From Alkanindiges illinoisensis DSM 15370 (GTDB taxonomy: Bacteria; Pseudomonadota; Gammaproteobacteria; Pseudomonadales; Moraxellaceae), in NCBI RefSeq assembly GCF_000619845.1, contig NZ_JHUX01000003.1, forward strand, positions 370,064-402,063: DNA of 32,000 bases, given 5' to 3'. The translations under genes and the position numbers were made by a program. The number at the start of each line of letters is the position of its first letter. The first letter of the stretch is position 1. Under the pieces are notes generated by a model that was not told the DNA's origin, did no database searches, and saw only the letters and a program-made list of their open reading frames with translations. Below, in pieces: positions 1-7,041 of this stretch.

Positions 1-71
1 CGCTTCCTTTTTTAACGGACTACTTTTACCGGGCTGGTTTTACCGGGTTACTTTTACTAAGTTACATCAGC

Positions 72-1229
72 TTAATCCAGAGGATTCCCCACAATATTGC
101 TGATAATGCCCTGCATAATGTGTGAACCCTGCTCCTGATATAAATCTGCATACCATTGCCGGGTGGCCGTTTCATCTTTCATATGGGTAATGTCACAGCG
201 CTTGCGGGCACGGAGTACCATTTCCCGGGTACGTTCATTGCGTTTGTTCTGGTAGCGTTCCAGTGCATCTTCCAGGCCAAAGGTATTGATCTGGAGGGCG
301 CGTGCCAGATAAATAGCATCTTCCATGGCCTGACAGCCACCCTGACCGATATCAGGCGTGGTACTGTGCGCTGCATCACCCAGAATCACGACACGACCCT
401 TATAAAATTGCATAAACGGTTCGATGTCATGAATTTCAACCCGGTTGGTGGTTTGCGGATTCAGGCAGTCAATCAGGGCTTGTACCGGTGCGCACCAGCC
501 AGCAAAATGCGTTTTTAAATCCTGCTGGTACTGTGCTTTCTGGTTATCTAGGCCGGCCGGCAGGGGTACATCAAAAAAGAAGTAAAACTGGTTGTTGGCC
601 ACTGGCATCATGGACACCCGTTTTCCCTCTCCAACAAATGTAGTCCACTGGTTGGCAGGCGCCAGATCATCACTGATCTCAACCAGTCCATTCCAGTTCA
701 CATAACCGGCGTAGCGCCGCGCGACCTGTTCGCCCAGCACATGGGTGCGGGTGAGCGAGTGCGTACCATCGGCACCAATCAGCAGGTCTGCGCTGACGAT
801 GCTGCCGTCGCTAAACTGCGCACGGACACAACTGCCGTGGTCTTCAATTTTTTCCATACGCATGCCAAGCCGGATATTCTGGTGCCCGAATTCCTCCATC
901 AGCATGGCTTGCAGCGCAGCGCGTGATACCGGATAGGCGCGTTGCCCCACCTCCTGATATAAAGGCATCAGGCTAAACTGGGTCATGGTAGTATTGGAAA
1001 GGCCATCGATATAAGCCAGATCGTCCATCCGGCCGCCAAGCTGGGCGATTTGTTCTGTCAGGCCCAGATAGTTTAGGCACTTGACTCCATTGGACCACAG
1101 TGAGATGGCAGCGCCCACAGGAAGAATTTCAGCAGCCTGTTCATAAATGGTGACCTGATGGCCGAACTTTTGAAGTGCTATACCAGCGGTCAGACCGCCC
1201 ATACCAGCACCAATAATCATAATATTCAT
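72..1229 (-). CDS. hpxO: FAD-dependent urate hydroxylase (HpxO-type monooxygenase)
   Basis: 385-aa ORF. N-terminal Rossmann GxGxxG (IIGAGMGGL). Flavin monooxygenase motifs LIGADGTHS and [21 protein letters not shown] Shine-Dalgarno about 8 nt before ATG 1229. Sits in a cluster with hiuH and uraD and no cofactor-less uricase. Confidence 0.85.
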   Translation of the reverse strand: MNIMIIGAGMGGLTAGIALQKFGHQVTIYEQAAEILPVGAAISLWSNGVKCLNYLGLTEQIAQLGGRMDDLAYIDGLSNTTMTQFSLMPLYQEVGQRAYPVSRAALQAMLMEEFGHQNIRLGMRMEKIEDHGSCVRAQFSDGSIVSADLLIGADGTHSLTRTHVLGEQVARRYAGYVNWNGLVEISDDLAPANQWTTFVGEGKRVSMMPVANNQFYFFFDVPLPAGLDNQKAQYQQDLKTHFAGWCAPVQALIDCLNPQTTNRVEIHDIEPFMQFYKGRVVILGDAAHSTTPDIGQGGCQAMEDAIYLARALQINTFGLEDALERYQNKRNERTREMVLRARKRCDITHMKDETATRQWYADLYQEQGSHIMQGIISNIVGNPLD

Positions 1230-1275
1230 TGCAAAACCTTATCTGTAAACCGCAAGTCATAAATCTCCCTTAAAA

Positions 1276-1291
1276 AGCGAGAACTATGCCA
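1276..1291 (-). promoter_or_regulatory. weak sigma-54-like -24/-12 element upstream of hpxO
   Basis: Minus strand reads TGGCAT-agttc-TCGCT with correct GG-N10-GC spacing, about 47 bp upstream of the hpxO ATG. The -12 box has C instead of T. Confidence 0.3.
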
Positions 1292-1358
1292 AGCTACGGA
1301 AAGGACTGCTATAAAAAATTTTTATTGTTATAAATAAGTTACTTAACTAAAAATTTAG

Positions 1359-1367
1359 ATTATAGCA
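1359..1367 (-). promoter_or_regulatory. alternative extended -10 (TGcTATAAT) for hpxO
   Basis: Minus strand reads TGCTATAAT. No good -35 at 17 bp. Competes with the sigma-54-like element as the hpxO promoter. Confidence 0.25.
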
Positions 1368-1411
1368 AAACATGAAAAACCCGTTTTGCAAAAGCCGATA
1401 AGATTGTTATT

Positions 1412-1426
1412 ACTGGTCTGACCAGT
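1412..1426. promoter_or_regulatory. GntR/FadR-type operator palindrome, copy 1
   Basis: ACTGGTCTGACCAGT is a perfect 7-1-7 inverted repeat, extendable to TACTGGTCTGACCAGTA. The core TGGTnnnACCA matches the FadR-subfamily GntR operator pattern. Lies in the hpxO upstream region. Confidence 0.6.
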
Positions 1427-1576
1427 ATCTGGCCCACCATTAGTTGCAGCAAGCCTTAAAAGTACAGGCGAGACCACCAATGGAATAAATATGGGGCAAC
1501 TCTGCACGAGAATATGGCATAAGCGGCACCTAATGGTGCACTTGTTATTTTATGGCTTTTTGCAAAAAAATTGGAC

Positions 1577-2287
1577 TTAGGACTGATGGCTTAAAAAGTA
1601 AACACCGGCACGCTGGGCTGCGCAAATTACATGTTTTTTCATGGCCTGTTCAGCGGCCAGGCTATCCCTGGCGCATAGTGCGTCAAGAATATGCTGGTGC
1701 TCCAGAATGGTTTGATGGGCCAGACTGGGCTGGATAAAGGGTAGTACCTGACTTTGCTTTAACGCTTCTGTCTGGTTTTTTAAAATCTGGACCACTGAAG
1801 GATTATGGCTTAATTCAAGAATGCGCTGATGAAACTGATGATCATGCAGGGCGGCTTCCTGCCAGTTCTGCTGTTCAATGGCGGTTTTAAGCTGCTCAAA
1901 ATGACTTTTAAACAACTGCTGATCTTTTTCATTAAGATAATGACACGCCAGCATGGCGCAAAAGCTTTCCAGCACATAGCGTAACTGGTAAAAATCTTTT
2001 AATGACCCACTATGGGTCTGGTTCCATTGTTCCACCGGCTGGCTGTCCAGTGCAGTCACATAAACCCCTTTGCCAGCCAGAATCTTAAGTTGGCCAAGCG
2101 CTGCCAGCCGGGTCAGGGCTTCGCGTAATGAAGCGCGGCTAATCCCAAGCTGTAGCGCCAGTTCGCGCTGTGAAGGCAGGGCAGCACCAACCGGATAAAC
2201 TCCCTGCTGAATCCAGTCGTAAATGGTAATGACGGCTTGTTCAGTCACTTGTGAGGGCTGTCTGGTTATAATTGATTGAGGCTTCAT
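1577..2287 (-). CDS. GntR-family (FadR/FCD subfamily) transcriptional regulator
   Basis: N-terminal winged HTH (LPSQRELALQLGISRASLREALTRL) followed by an all-helical His-rich FCD-like domain. Start is ambiguous: ATG at 2287 or in-frame GTG at 2302, neither with a clear SD. Confidence 0.85.
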   Translation of the reverse strand: MKPQSIITRQPSQVTEQAVITIYDWIQQGVYPVGAALPSQRELALQLGISRASLREALTRLAALGQLKILAGKGVYVTALDSQPVEQWNQTHSGSLKDFYQLRYVLESFCAMLACHYLNEKDQQLFKSHFEQLKTAIEQQNWQEAALHDHQFHQRILELSHNPSVVQILKNQTEALKQSQVLPFIQPSLAHQTILEHQHILDALCARDSLAAEQAMKKHVICAAQRAGVYFLSHQS

Positions 2288-2436
2288 ATTGATCGGGTTC
2301 ACTACAGTGGCCTGTTTGCCACATTTAATTAAATACCGTGTATGTTTTACTGGATTTATAAAAAAATAACCAGCAACCGCTTTTAGAAAAATCTGGCCGA
2401 ATGACCACTATTCACGCTGATGATTAATTCATGCTA

Positions 2437-2451
2437 ACTGGTCTGACCAGT
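2437..2451. promoter_or_regulatory. GntR/FadR-type operator palindrome, copy 2
   Basis: Identical ACTGGTCTGACCAGT in the divergent gntR-alc intergenic region, with flanks A/T extending the palindrome to 17 bp. Ends 1 bp before the -24 TGG of the alc promoter candidate. Confidence 0.65.
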
Positions 2452-2467
2452 TGGATTGGTTTTTGCA
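2452..2467 (+). promoter_or_regulatory. sigma-54-like -24/-12 promoter for alc-allA
   Basis: TGGATT-ggttt-TTGCA with GG-N10-GC spacing, 46 bp upstream of the alc ATG. Confidence 0.55.
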
Positions 2468-2512
2468 TGATATTCACAGTCTCCAGACTATCAGGATTTA
2501 GGGTGTTATTTT

Positions 2513-3538
2513 ATGAGCATTAGTTATGCCAAGCCGGCTGATCTACCGGAACATTTCAAACGTTTGGTCAATCTGGCCGATGCACGGATTGGCACCACTA
2601 TCGTGGCGTGCTCCGATGAGTTTTTTGCCAAGGCCGAACGCATGTTACAAACAGCGCCTGCCATGTTTATCGCTGACAAGTTTGATGATCATGGCAAATG
2701 GATGGATGGCTGGGAAACCCGGCGCAAGCGTGAGGCTGGCTATGACTGGTGTATTGTTCGCCTGGGTGTTGCCGGGCAGATTACCGGCTTTGATGTGGAT
2801 ACGTCCTTTTTTACCGGCAACTACCCGGCTTCTGCATCCATAGAAGCCTGTTATGCACCGGATGACCAGCTGGATGAGCAGACAACATGGGTGGAGCTGG
2901 TTGCCAACCATATCCTGTCGCCGGATCATCATCATCTGATTGAAGCCAGCCAGCAGGGGCAGCCATTTACCCATATCCGCCTGAATATCTTTCCGGATGG
3001 CGGCATTGCACGCTTGCGGGTCTATGGCCAGGTGGTCTTGCAGTCACAGGCTGCTACAGACCCGCTTGATCTGGTGGCCCTGAAAAATGGGGGCAGGATA
3101 GTGGCGTTTAGTGATGCGCATTTTGGTCATCCCAACAATTTATTAAATCCGGGCCGTGGCATTAACATGGGTGATGGCTGGGAAACCAAGCGTCGCCGGG
3201 CACCCGGACACGACTGGTGCATTATTGCGCTGGGCCAGCCGGGTCAGGTTGAGCGGATTGAGGTGGATACTGCGCATTTTAAGGGCAACTATCCGGCTTT
3301 TTGCTCTATTCAGGCCGTCTATGTGGAAAATGCCACGGATGCACAGCTCATCCCGCAAAGTATGTTCTGGCCGTTTTTGTTAAATGACCAGCCATTAAGC
3401 ATGGATCACATCCATACCTATATTTCTGAAATTCTGCACGAGCAAAAAATTAGCCATATCCGCCTGAATATGATCCCTGATGGCGGCATCAGCCGTATCC
3501 GGTTATGGGGCAAGATAGCGCTTGAAGATGGCGTTTGA
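2513..3538 (+). CDS. alc: allantoicase
   Basis: 341 aa with the two tandem allantoicase repeats, each carrying the DGWET(R/K)R(K/R)R...DWCI motif (GWETRRKREAGYDWCIVRLG and GWETKRRRAPGHDWCIIALG). Confidence 0.9.
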   Translation: MSISYAKPADLPEHFKRLVNLADARIGTTIVACSDEFFAKAERMLQTAPAMFIADKFDDHGKWMDGWETRRKREAGYDWCIVRLGVAGQITGFDVDTSFFTGNYPASASIEACYAPDDQLDEQTTWVELVANHILSPDHHHLIEASQQGQPFTHIRLNIFPDGGIARLRVYGQVVLQSQAATDPLDLVALKNGGRIVAFSDAHFGHPNNLLNPGRGINMGDGWETKRRRAPGHDWCIIALGQPGQVERIEVDTAHFKGNYPAFCSIQAVYVENATDAQLIPQSMFWPFLLNDQPLSMDHIHTYISEILHEQKISHIRLNMIPDGGISRIRLWGKIALEDGV

Positions 3539-3638
3539 TTAACCACTTTAGTCTAAAACCGGGTGTTAGTTCTAGTCCGATTTTAACTTCGAGGTTTTAA
3601 GTTGAAGGTATTTATTTGGAATTTTTAGGATAACTATA

Positions 3639-4163
3639 ATGACCCTGACTGTCGCGTTACAACCACTGACTGCGGCATGCTTTGCCGCTTTTGGTGACGT
3701 GATTGAATGTGCTGGCCAGCCCTTATCCATTAATCAGGGCCAAACAGAACGTTACCATGCTTTGTCCTTGCCACAGGTTGCTGGTGAGGCCGCAAGCATT
3801 GGCCTGAGTATTTTCAGAAATTTACAGGCCAGTACGCTGCCGTTACAGATCGACATGCTGGAGCGCCATCCACAGGGGAGCCAGTCGTTTATTCCCATGG
3901 ATGGACAGGCCTTTGTCATTGTGGTGGCACTGCCGTTAGACGACCGGCAACCGGATGAAGCGCAGGTTTGTGCTTTTTTAAGTAACGGCCAGCAAGGGAT
4001 AACCTATGCCAGAGGCGTGTGGCACCATCCGCTGATTACGCTGGAAGCACCCAGTAATTTTCTGGTGGTGGACCGTATTGGCACAGGCCATAACTGTGAC
4101 ATTCATCAGTTGAGCCAGCCTTGTCTGATTAGGGTAGAAACTGCAGTGCCAGTGGCTAATTAG
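3639..4163 (+). CDS. allA: ureidoglycolate lyase
   Basis: 174-aa protein matching the AllA family along its length (FGDVIE..., LERHPQGSQSFIPM, GVWHHPLI). AGGA SD 8 nt upstream. Immediately downstream of alc. Confidence 0.88.
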   Translation: MTLTVALQPLTAACFAAFGDVIECAGQPLSINQGQTERYHALSLPQVAGEAASIGLSIFRNLQASTLPLQIDMLERHPQGSQSFIPMDGQAFVIVVALPLDDRQPDEAQVCAFLSNGQQGITYARGVWHHPLITLEAPSNFLVVDRIGTGHNCDIHQLSQPCLIRVETAVPVAN

Positions 4164-4190
4164 TCAACAGGTCACAATTGATAGTGAACA

Positions 4191-4229
4191 AAAAAAGCTG
4201 CTTTTGCATTGATCAAAAGCAGCTTTTTT
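4191..4229. terminator. bidirectional Rho-independent terminator
   Basis: AAAAAAGCTGCTTTTG - cattgat - CAAAAGCAGCTTTTTT is a 16-bp perfect stem flanked by an A-run and a T-run. It lies between the convergent allA and 2OG oxygenase genes. Confidence 0.8.
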
Positions 4230-4243
4230 ATTAACTGGAGTAA

Positions 4244-5260
4244 TTAATATTTGCCCTCAAAGTTGGCACTAATGCGTTGTTGCAAGTAATCCCGGGCGGT
4301 AATGGCCGGATATTTTTTGTTCGGCCCTTCAATGATGACATCTTCATTGGCCTGGCAGAAAAATGCCAGACTATAGCGGGCACCCTGATACTCATGCGCA
4401 GCCGGATTTTTGACCCGGTGAAAATTGGAAGGCAACTGGTCATCACTCCAGCGCGTGAGCATATCGCCAATATTACAGGTAATCACCTCATCGTGAGGCT
4501 GGATACTGGTCCATTCCTGGTCTTCCATATCCTTGCCCGGGCATACCTGCAAGCCGCCCTGTCCATTGCGCTGGAACAGTAAAGTCAGGCAGTCAAAATC
4601 GGTATGGGCACCAGCACGCCACAGGCCCAACTGGTCTTTTAGGGCTGGGTCAATGGCATAGTAATGCAGCATGCGCAGCGTACTTTGGTAGCTTTGCTTG
4701 GAGGGATCATGCGCCTGTGTGAAAAAATCATCACTAAAGCCCAGCTTATAGGCAAAGCAGGACAGGATTTTCATGCCAGTCTGCCAGCAGGCCTGTTCAA
4801 AGTTCAGCATGGTTTCCTGAAAGTCAGGCAATTCCTGCACGCTGGGCCATAAACCATCCATGCGGGGGCGGGTAATTTGATAGGATTCTTTCTGGTCTGG
4901 TGTATTGGTTGATGGCCTGATCTGTGCCTTGCTTTCCCAGCCTGCATTCCGCTTGAGTGGATACTGTGCCTTTACCTCAGCGGGTAGTGCAAAAAACTGT
5001 TCGGTGCTGGCAAAAGCCTGCTGAATCTGGCTTAAGGGAATGCCATGGTTGGCAACCTGAAAAAATCCAATGTCCACCGCAGCATTCCAGAGCTGGTCAG
5101 CAATCTCAAACTTGCGCTGTTCAAAGTCAGACAAGTCAATAATACGGATTTCTCGGGCAAAGGTTTCCTGTCCCATGGCACCCATGCGGGCTTCTTTTTT
5201 GAGTTCATCGAGGGAATAGGGCGTGGACAGGGTAGGATCAATGGTATTGGAGCCGTTCAT
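4244..5260 (-). CDS. 2-oxoglutarate/Fe(II)-dependent oxygenase (isopenicillin-N-synthase-like family), substrate unknown
   Basis: 338 aa. DIOX_N-like N-terminus (GFFQVANHGIP). HxD...H facial triad (GAHTDFD ... SNFHRV). 2OG-binding RxS (ARYSLAFF). AGGA SD 8 nt before the ATG. Confidence 0.8.
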   Translation of the reverse strand: MNGSNTIDPTLSTPYSLDELKKEARMGAMGQETFAREIRIIDLSDFEQRKFEIADQLWNAAVDIGFFQVANHGIPLSQIQQAFASTEQFFALPAEVKAQYPLKRNAGWESKAQIRPSTNTPDQKESYQITRPRMDGLWPSVQELPDFQETMLNFEQACWQTGMKILSCFAYKLGFSDDFFTQAHDPSKQSYQSTLRMLHYYAIDPALKDQLGLWRAGAHTDFDCLTLLFQRNGQGGLQVCPGKDMEDQEWTSIQPHDEVITCNIGDMLTRWSDDQLPSNFHRVKNPAAHEYQGARYSLAFFCQANEDVIIEGPNKKYPAITARDYLQQRISANFEGKY

Positions 5261-5480
5261 GTTAGTGTTCCTGCATTTACTGAAAAATCAAGGTGTGGCC
5301 CAATATATGCATGGTACTGCCATCGGGTCACGTCTCATGAAAAACACTGACCCTGCGATATTCCTGGAATAGGATCTATCAGGTGTCAGCTATTTTCCGA
5401 GCAATGACCCACATACGCATCATTTTAAATTCTGGCAAAATGACTGTATGTTGAACGCTTCTACTCTGGTGTAGTCAGTA

Positions 5481-5496
5481 AGCAATTGCTGTACCA
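5481..5496 (-). promoter_or_regulatory. sigma-54-like -24/-12 promoter for the 2OG oxygenase gene
   Basis: Minus strand reads TGGTAC-agcaa-TTGCT with correct spacing. It implies a leader of about 210 nt before the ATG at 5260. Confidence 0.5.
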
Positions 5497-5686
5497 TTCT
5501 GGCTTAAAATTTTTTTACTGAATTTTATTGTTTTATATTCAATGAATTAAGGTAATACATGTTCCAGGTAAAATAGACAACAGCACAGTCGCTTTTCCTG
5601 TATTTTCCTGTCTTTATTTAGGTCTGCACCATGATTGAGCAATTTGCCGGCTTATCACCATCGTGAACCACGATGGCGCAGATAAT

Positions 5687-5701
5687 ACTGGTCTGACCAG
5701 T
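5687..5701. promoter_or_regulatory. GntR/FadR-type operator palindrome, copy 3
   Basis: Third identical ACTGGTCTGACCAGT (17-bp version TACTGGTCTGACCAGTA). Lies between the divergent 2OG oxygenase and NMT1-type ABC promoters. Confidence 0.6.
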
Positions 5702-5790
5702 AAGCCACTTTTTTGCAGGGCTGCTTCCTGTTTAAATGATTTTTGGTTTTTGATTTATAAATCATTAGCTTAATTACAAGAAATACAATA

Positions 5791-5806
5791 TGGCATAGCC
5801 TTTGCA
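5791..5806 (+). promoter_or_regulatory. sigma-54-like -24/-12 promoter for the NMT1-type ABC transporter operon
   Basis: TGGCAT-agcct-TTGCA is a near-consensus match. It lies 189 bp upstream of ATG 5995, so the leader is about 175 nt. Confidence 0.6.
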
Positions 5807-5882
5807 AGTTTGTATTCTGAGTATAAGCGGTTAGTGCGTATCAACAACGCATGGGACATTGCTCTGCAGCGAAAGCTGCTCC

Positions 5883-5987
5883 TCAATAGAGGGCGGGTTC
5901 TGCCAGCAGTTCCCGAGAGTTGGCCTATACGACAAGTCCACCCTCTATTGAATAGCAAGTATGTATCGACATTATCTATTCTAGAGG
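5883..5987 (+). promoter_or_regulatory. structured 5' leader with SD / anti-SD / anti-anti-SD arrangement (riboswitch-like; class unassigned)
   Basis: TCAATAGAGGG (5883-5893) is the exact reverse complement of CCCTCTATTGA (5941-5951). The stem extends by GG/CC plus G-U to 5897/5937. CCTCTA (5942-5947) can instead pair with the SD TAGAGG (5982-5987). Two small hairpins lie upstream (5834-5852, and 5866-5879 with a GAAA loop). Confidence 0.35.
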
Positions 5988-5994
5988 TATAGCC

Positions 5995-6987
5995 ATGAAA
6001 AAGAATCATTCTATCCATATGCCACGTTTCGCACTGCTCACTGCGGCTGTCTTGTGCAGCACATTTACTCAAGCCAATGATAAACTGGTTTTACAAACCA
6101 CATGGTATGCCCAGGCAGAGCAGGGCGGTTATTATCAGGCTGTTGCGCAAGGCATTTATAAAAAATACGGACTGGACGTGACGGTAAAGGCAGGCGGCCC
6201 GCAGGTCAATAATATGACCTTACTGCTGGCCAAGCGTGCAGACGTTATTATTAATTATGACCTGCAAGTGCTCAAAGGTATTGAGCAAGGTTTTCCCATC
6301 AAGGCAATTGCAGCACCATTCCAGTTTGATCCGCAAGGCATGCTGACGCATGGTGATGTCAAAAACCTGGCCGGCCTTAAAGGCAAAACCATCCTGGTTT
6401 CTGCCAGTGGGCAAGCCAGCTGGTGGCCATGGTTAAAAGCCAAATATCATCTGGAAGAAAGTCAGGCCCGTCCATACACCTTCAACATGCAGCCATTTCT
6501 GGCCGGCAAGAATGTTGCACAACAAGCCTATGCCACCTCAGAAGTCTTACAGGCCAAAAAAGCAGATCCGGGCAGTAATTTCTTCCTGTTTGCCAATGAG
6601 GGCTATCCGTCCTATGGCGGTATCCTGGTTACCCGCAACGATGTTCTGCAAAGCAAGCCGGATGTCCTGCAGCGCTTTGTCAAGGCTTCCATGGAGGGCT
6701 GGAAAAGCTATCTGGCCAACCCGGCACTGGGTAATGCCCTGATTAAAAAAGAAAACCCGAACATGACTGACGACGTGCTGGCGTTTGGGGTGTCGCAAAT
6801 GAAAAAACTGCATTTGATTGATGGTGGCGATGCGGCAACCAAAGGTTATGGCGTGATGACCGATGCACGCTGGAAAGCCACACGGGATTTTATGGTAGAA
6901 ACCAAGTTACTTGATGCCAAAACCAACTGGTCCAGTGCCTACACCACCCAGTTTTTTGCACCTGCCAGCAAAAAGCCGGCAAAGTAA
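5995..6987 (+). CDS. ABC transporter periplasmic substrate-binding protein, NMT1/THI5-like (NitT/TauT family)
   Basis: 330 aa. Signal peptide ending TFTQA/ND. NMT1/THI5-like fold signature by overall resemblance. SD AGAGG 7 nt upstream. Followed by a cognate ATPase and permease. Confidence 0.85.
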   Translation: MKKNHSIHMPRFALLTAAVLCSTFTQANDKLVLQTTWYAQAEQGGYYQAVAQGIYKKYGLDVTVKAGGPQVNNMTLLLAKRADVIINYDLQVLKGIEQGFPIKAIAAPFQFDPQGMLTHGDVKNLAGLKGKTILVSASGQASWWPWLKAKYHLEESQARPYTFNMQPFLAGKNVAQQAYATSEVLQAKKADPGSNFFLFANEGYPSYGGILVTRNDVLQSKPDVLQRFVKASMEGWKSYLANPALGNALIKKENPNMTDDVLAFGVSQMKKLHLIDGGDAATKGYGVMTDARWKATRDFMVETKLLDAKTNWSSAYTTQFFAPASKKPAK

Positions 6988-7041
6988 TTTCATTTTTAGG
7001 TGAGTAAAGAGTCGCAATACGCAACAATGGGGGAACCTAAA

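Noticed and set aside
24-57. Direct repeats TTTTACCGGG at 24-33 and 38-47, plus a partial third copy, just downstream of the hpxO stop.
   Set aside because: They are short, sit at the window edge with no context, do not form a hairpin, and could be part of an element lying outside the window.
5311-5323. Imperfect palindrome ATGGTACTGCCAT upstream of the 2OG oxygenase gene, which reads TGGCAG-tacca-TGCAT on the minus strand.
   Set aside because: As a sigma-54 element its GG-to-GC spacing is one base too short, and that spacing is strict. As a GntR-type site it matches only one half (TGGT). It also lies inside the predicted leader.
5894-5940. Resemblance of GGGTTC...CCCGAGAG...ACGAC to the ykkC (guanidine-I) riboswitch core.
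   Set aside because: The conserved 3' hairpin with the GGGA...AAAGCCCGGGAG block that I recall for that class is absent. The match is therefore partial and rests on memory. It is kept only as something for a covariance-model search to exclude.
5770-6072. ORFs 5770-6072 (-) and 5810-5992 (+) in the region upstream of the NMT1-type SBP gene.
   Set aside because: One overlaps the SBP start codon antisense and the other starts at TTG. Both coincide with the stem-loops of the leader. The region is better explained as structured RNA.
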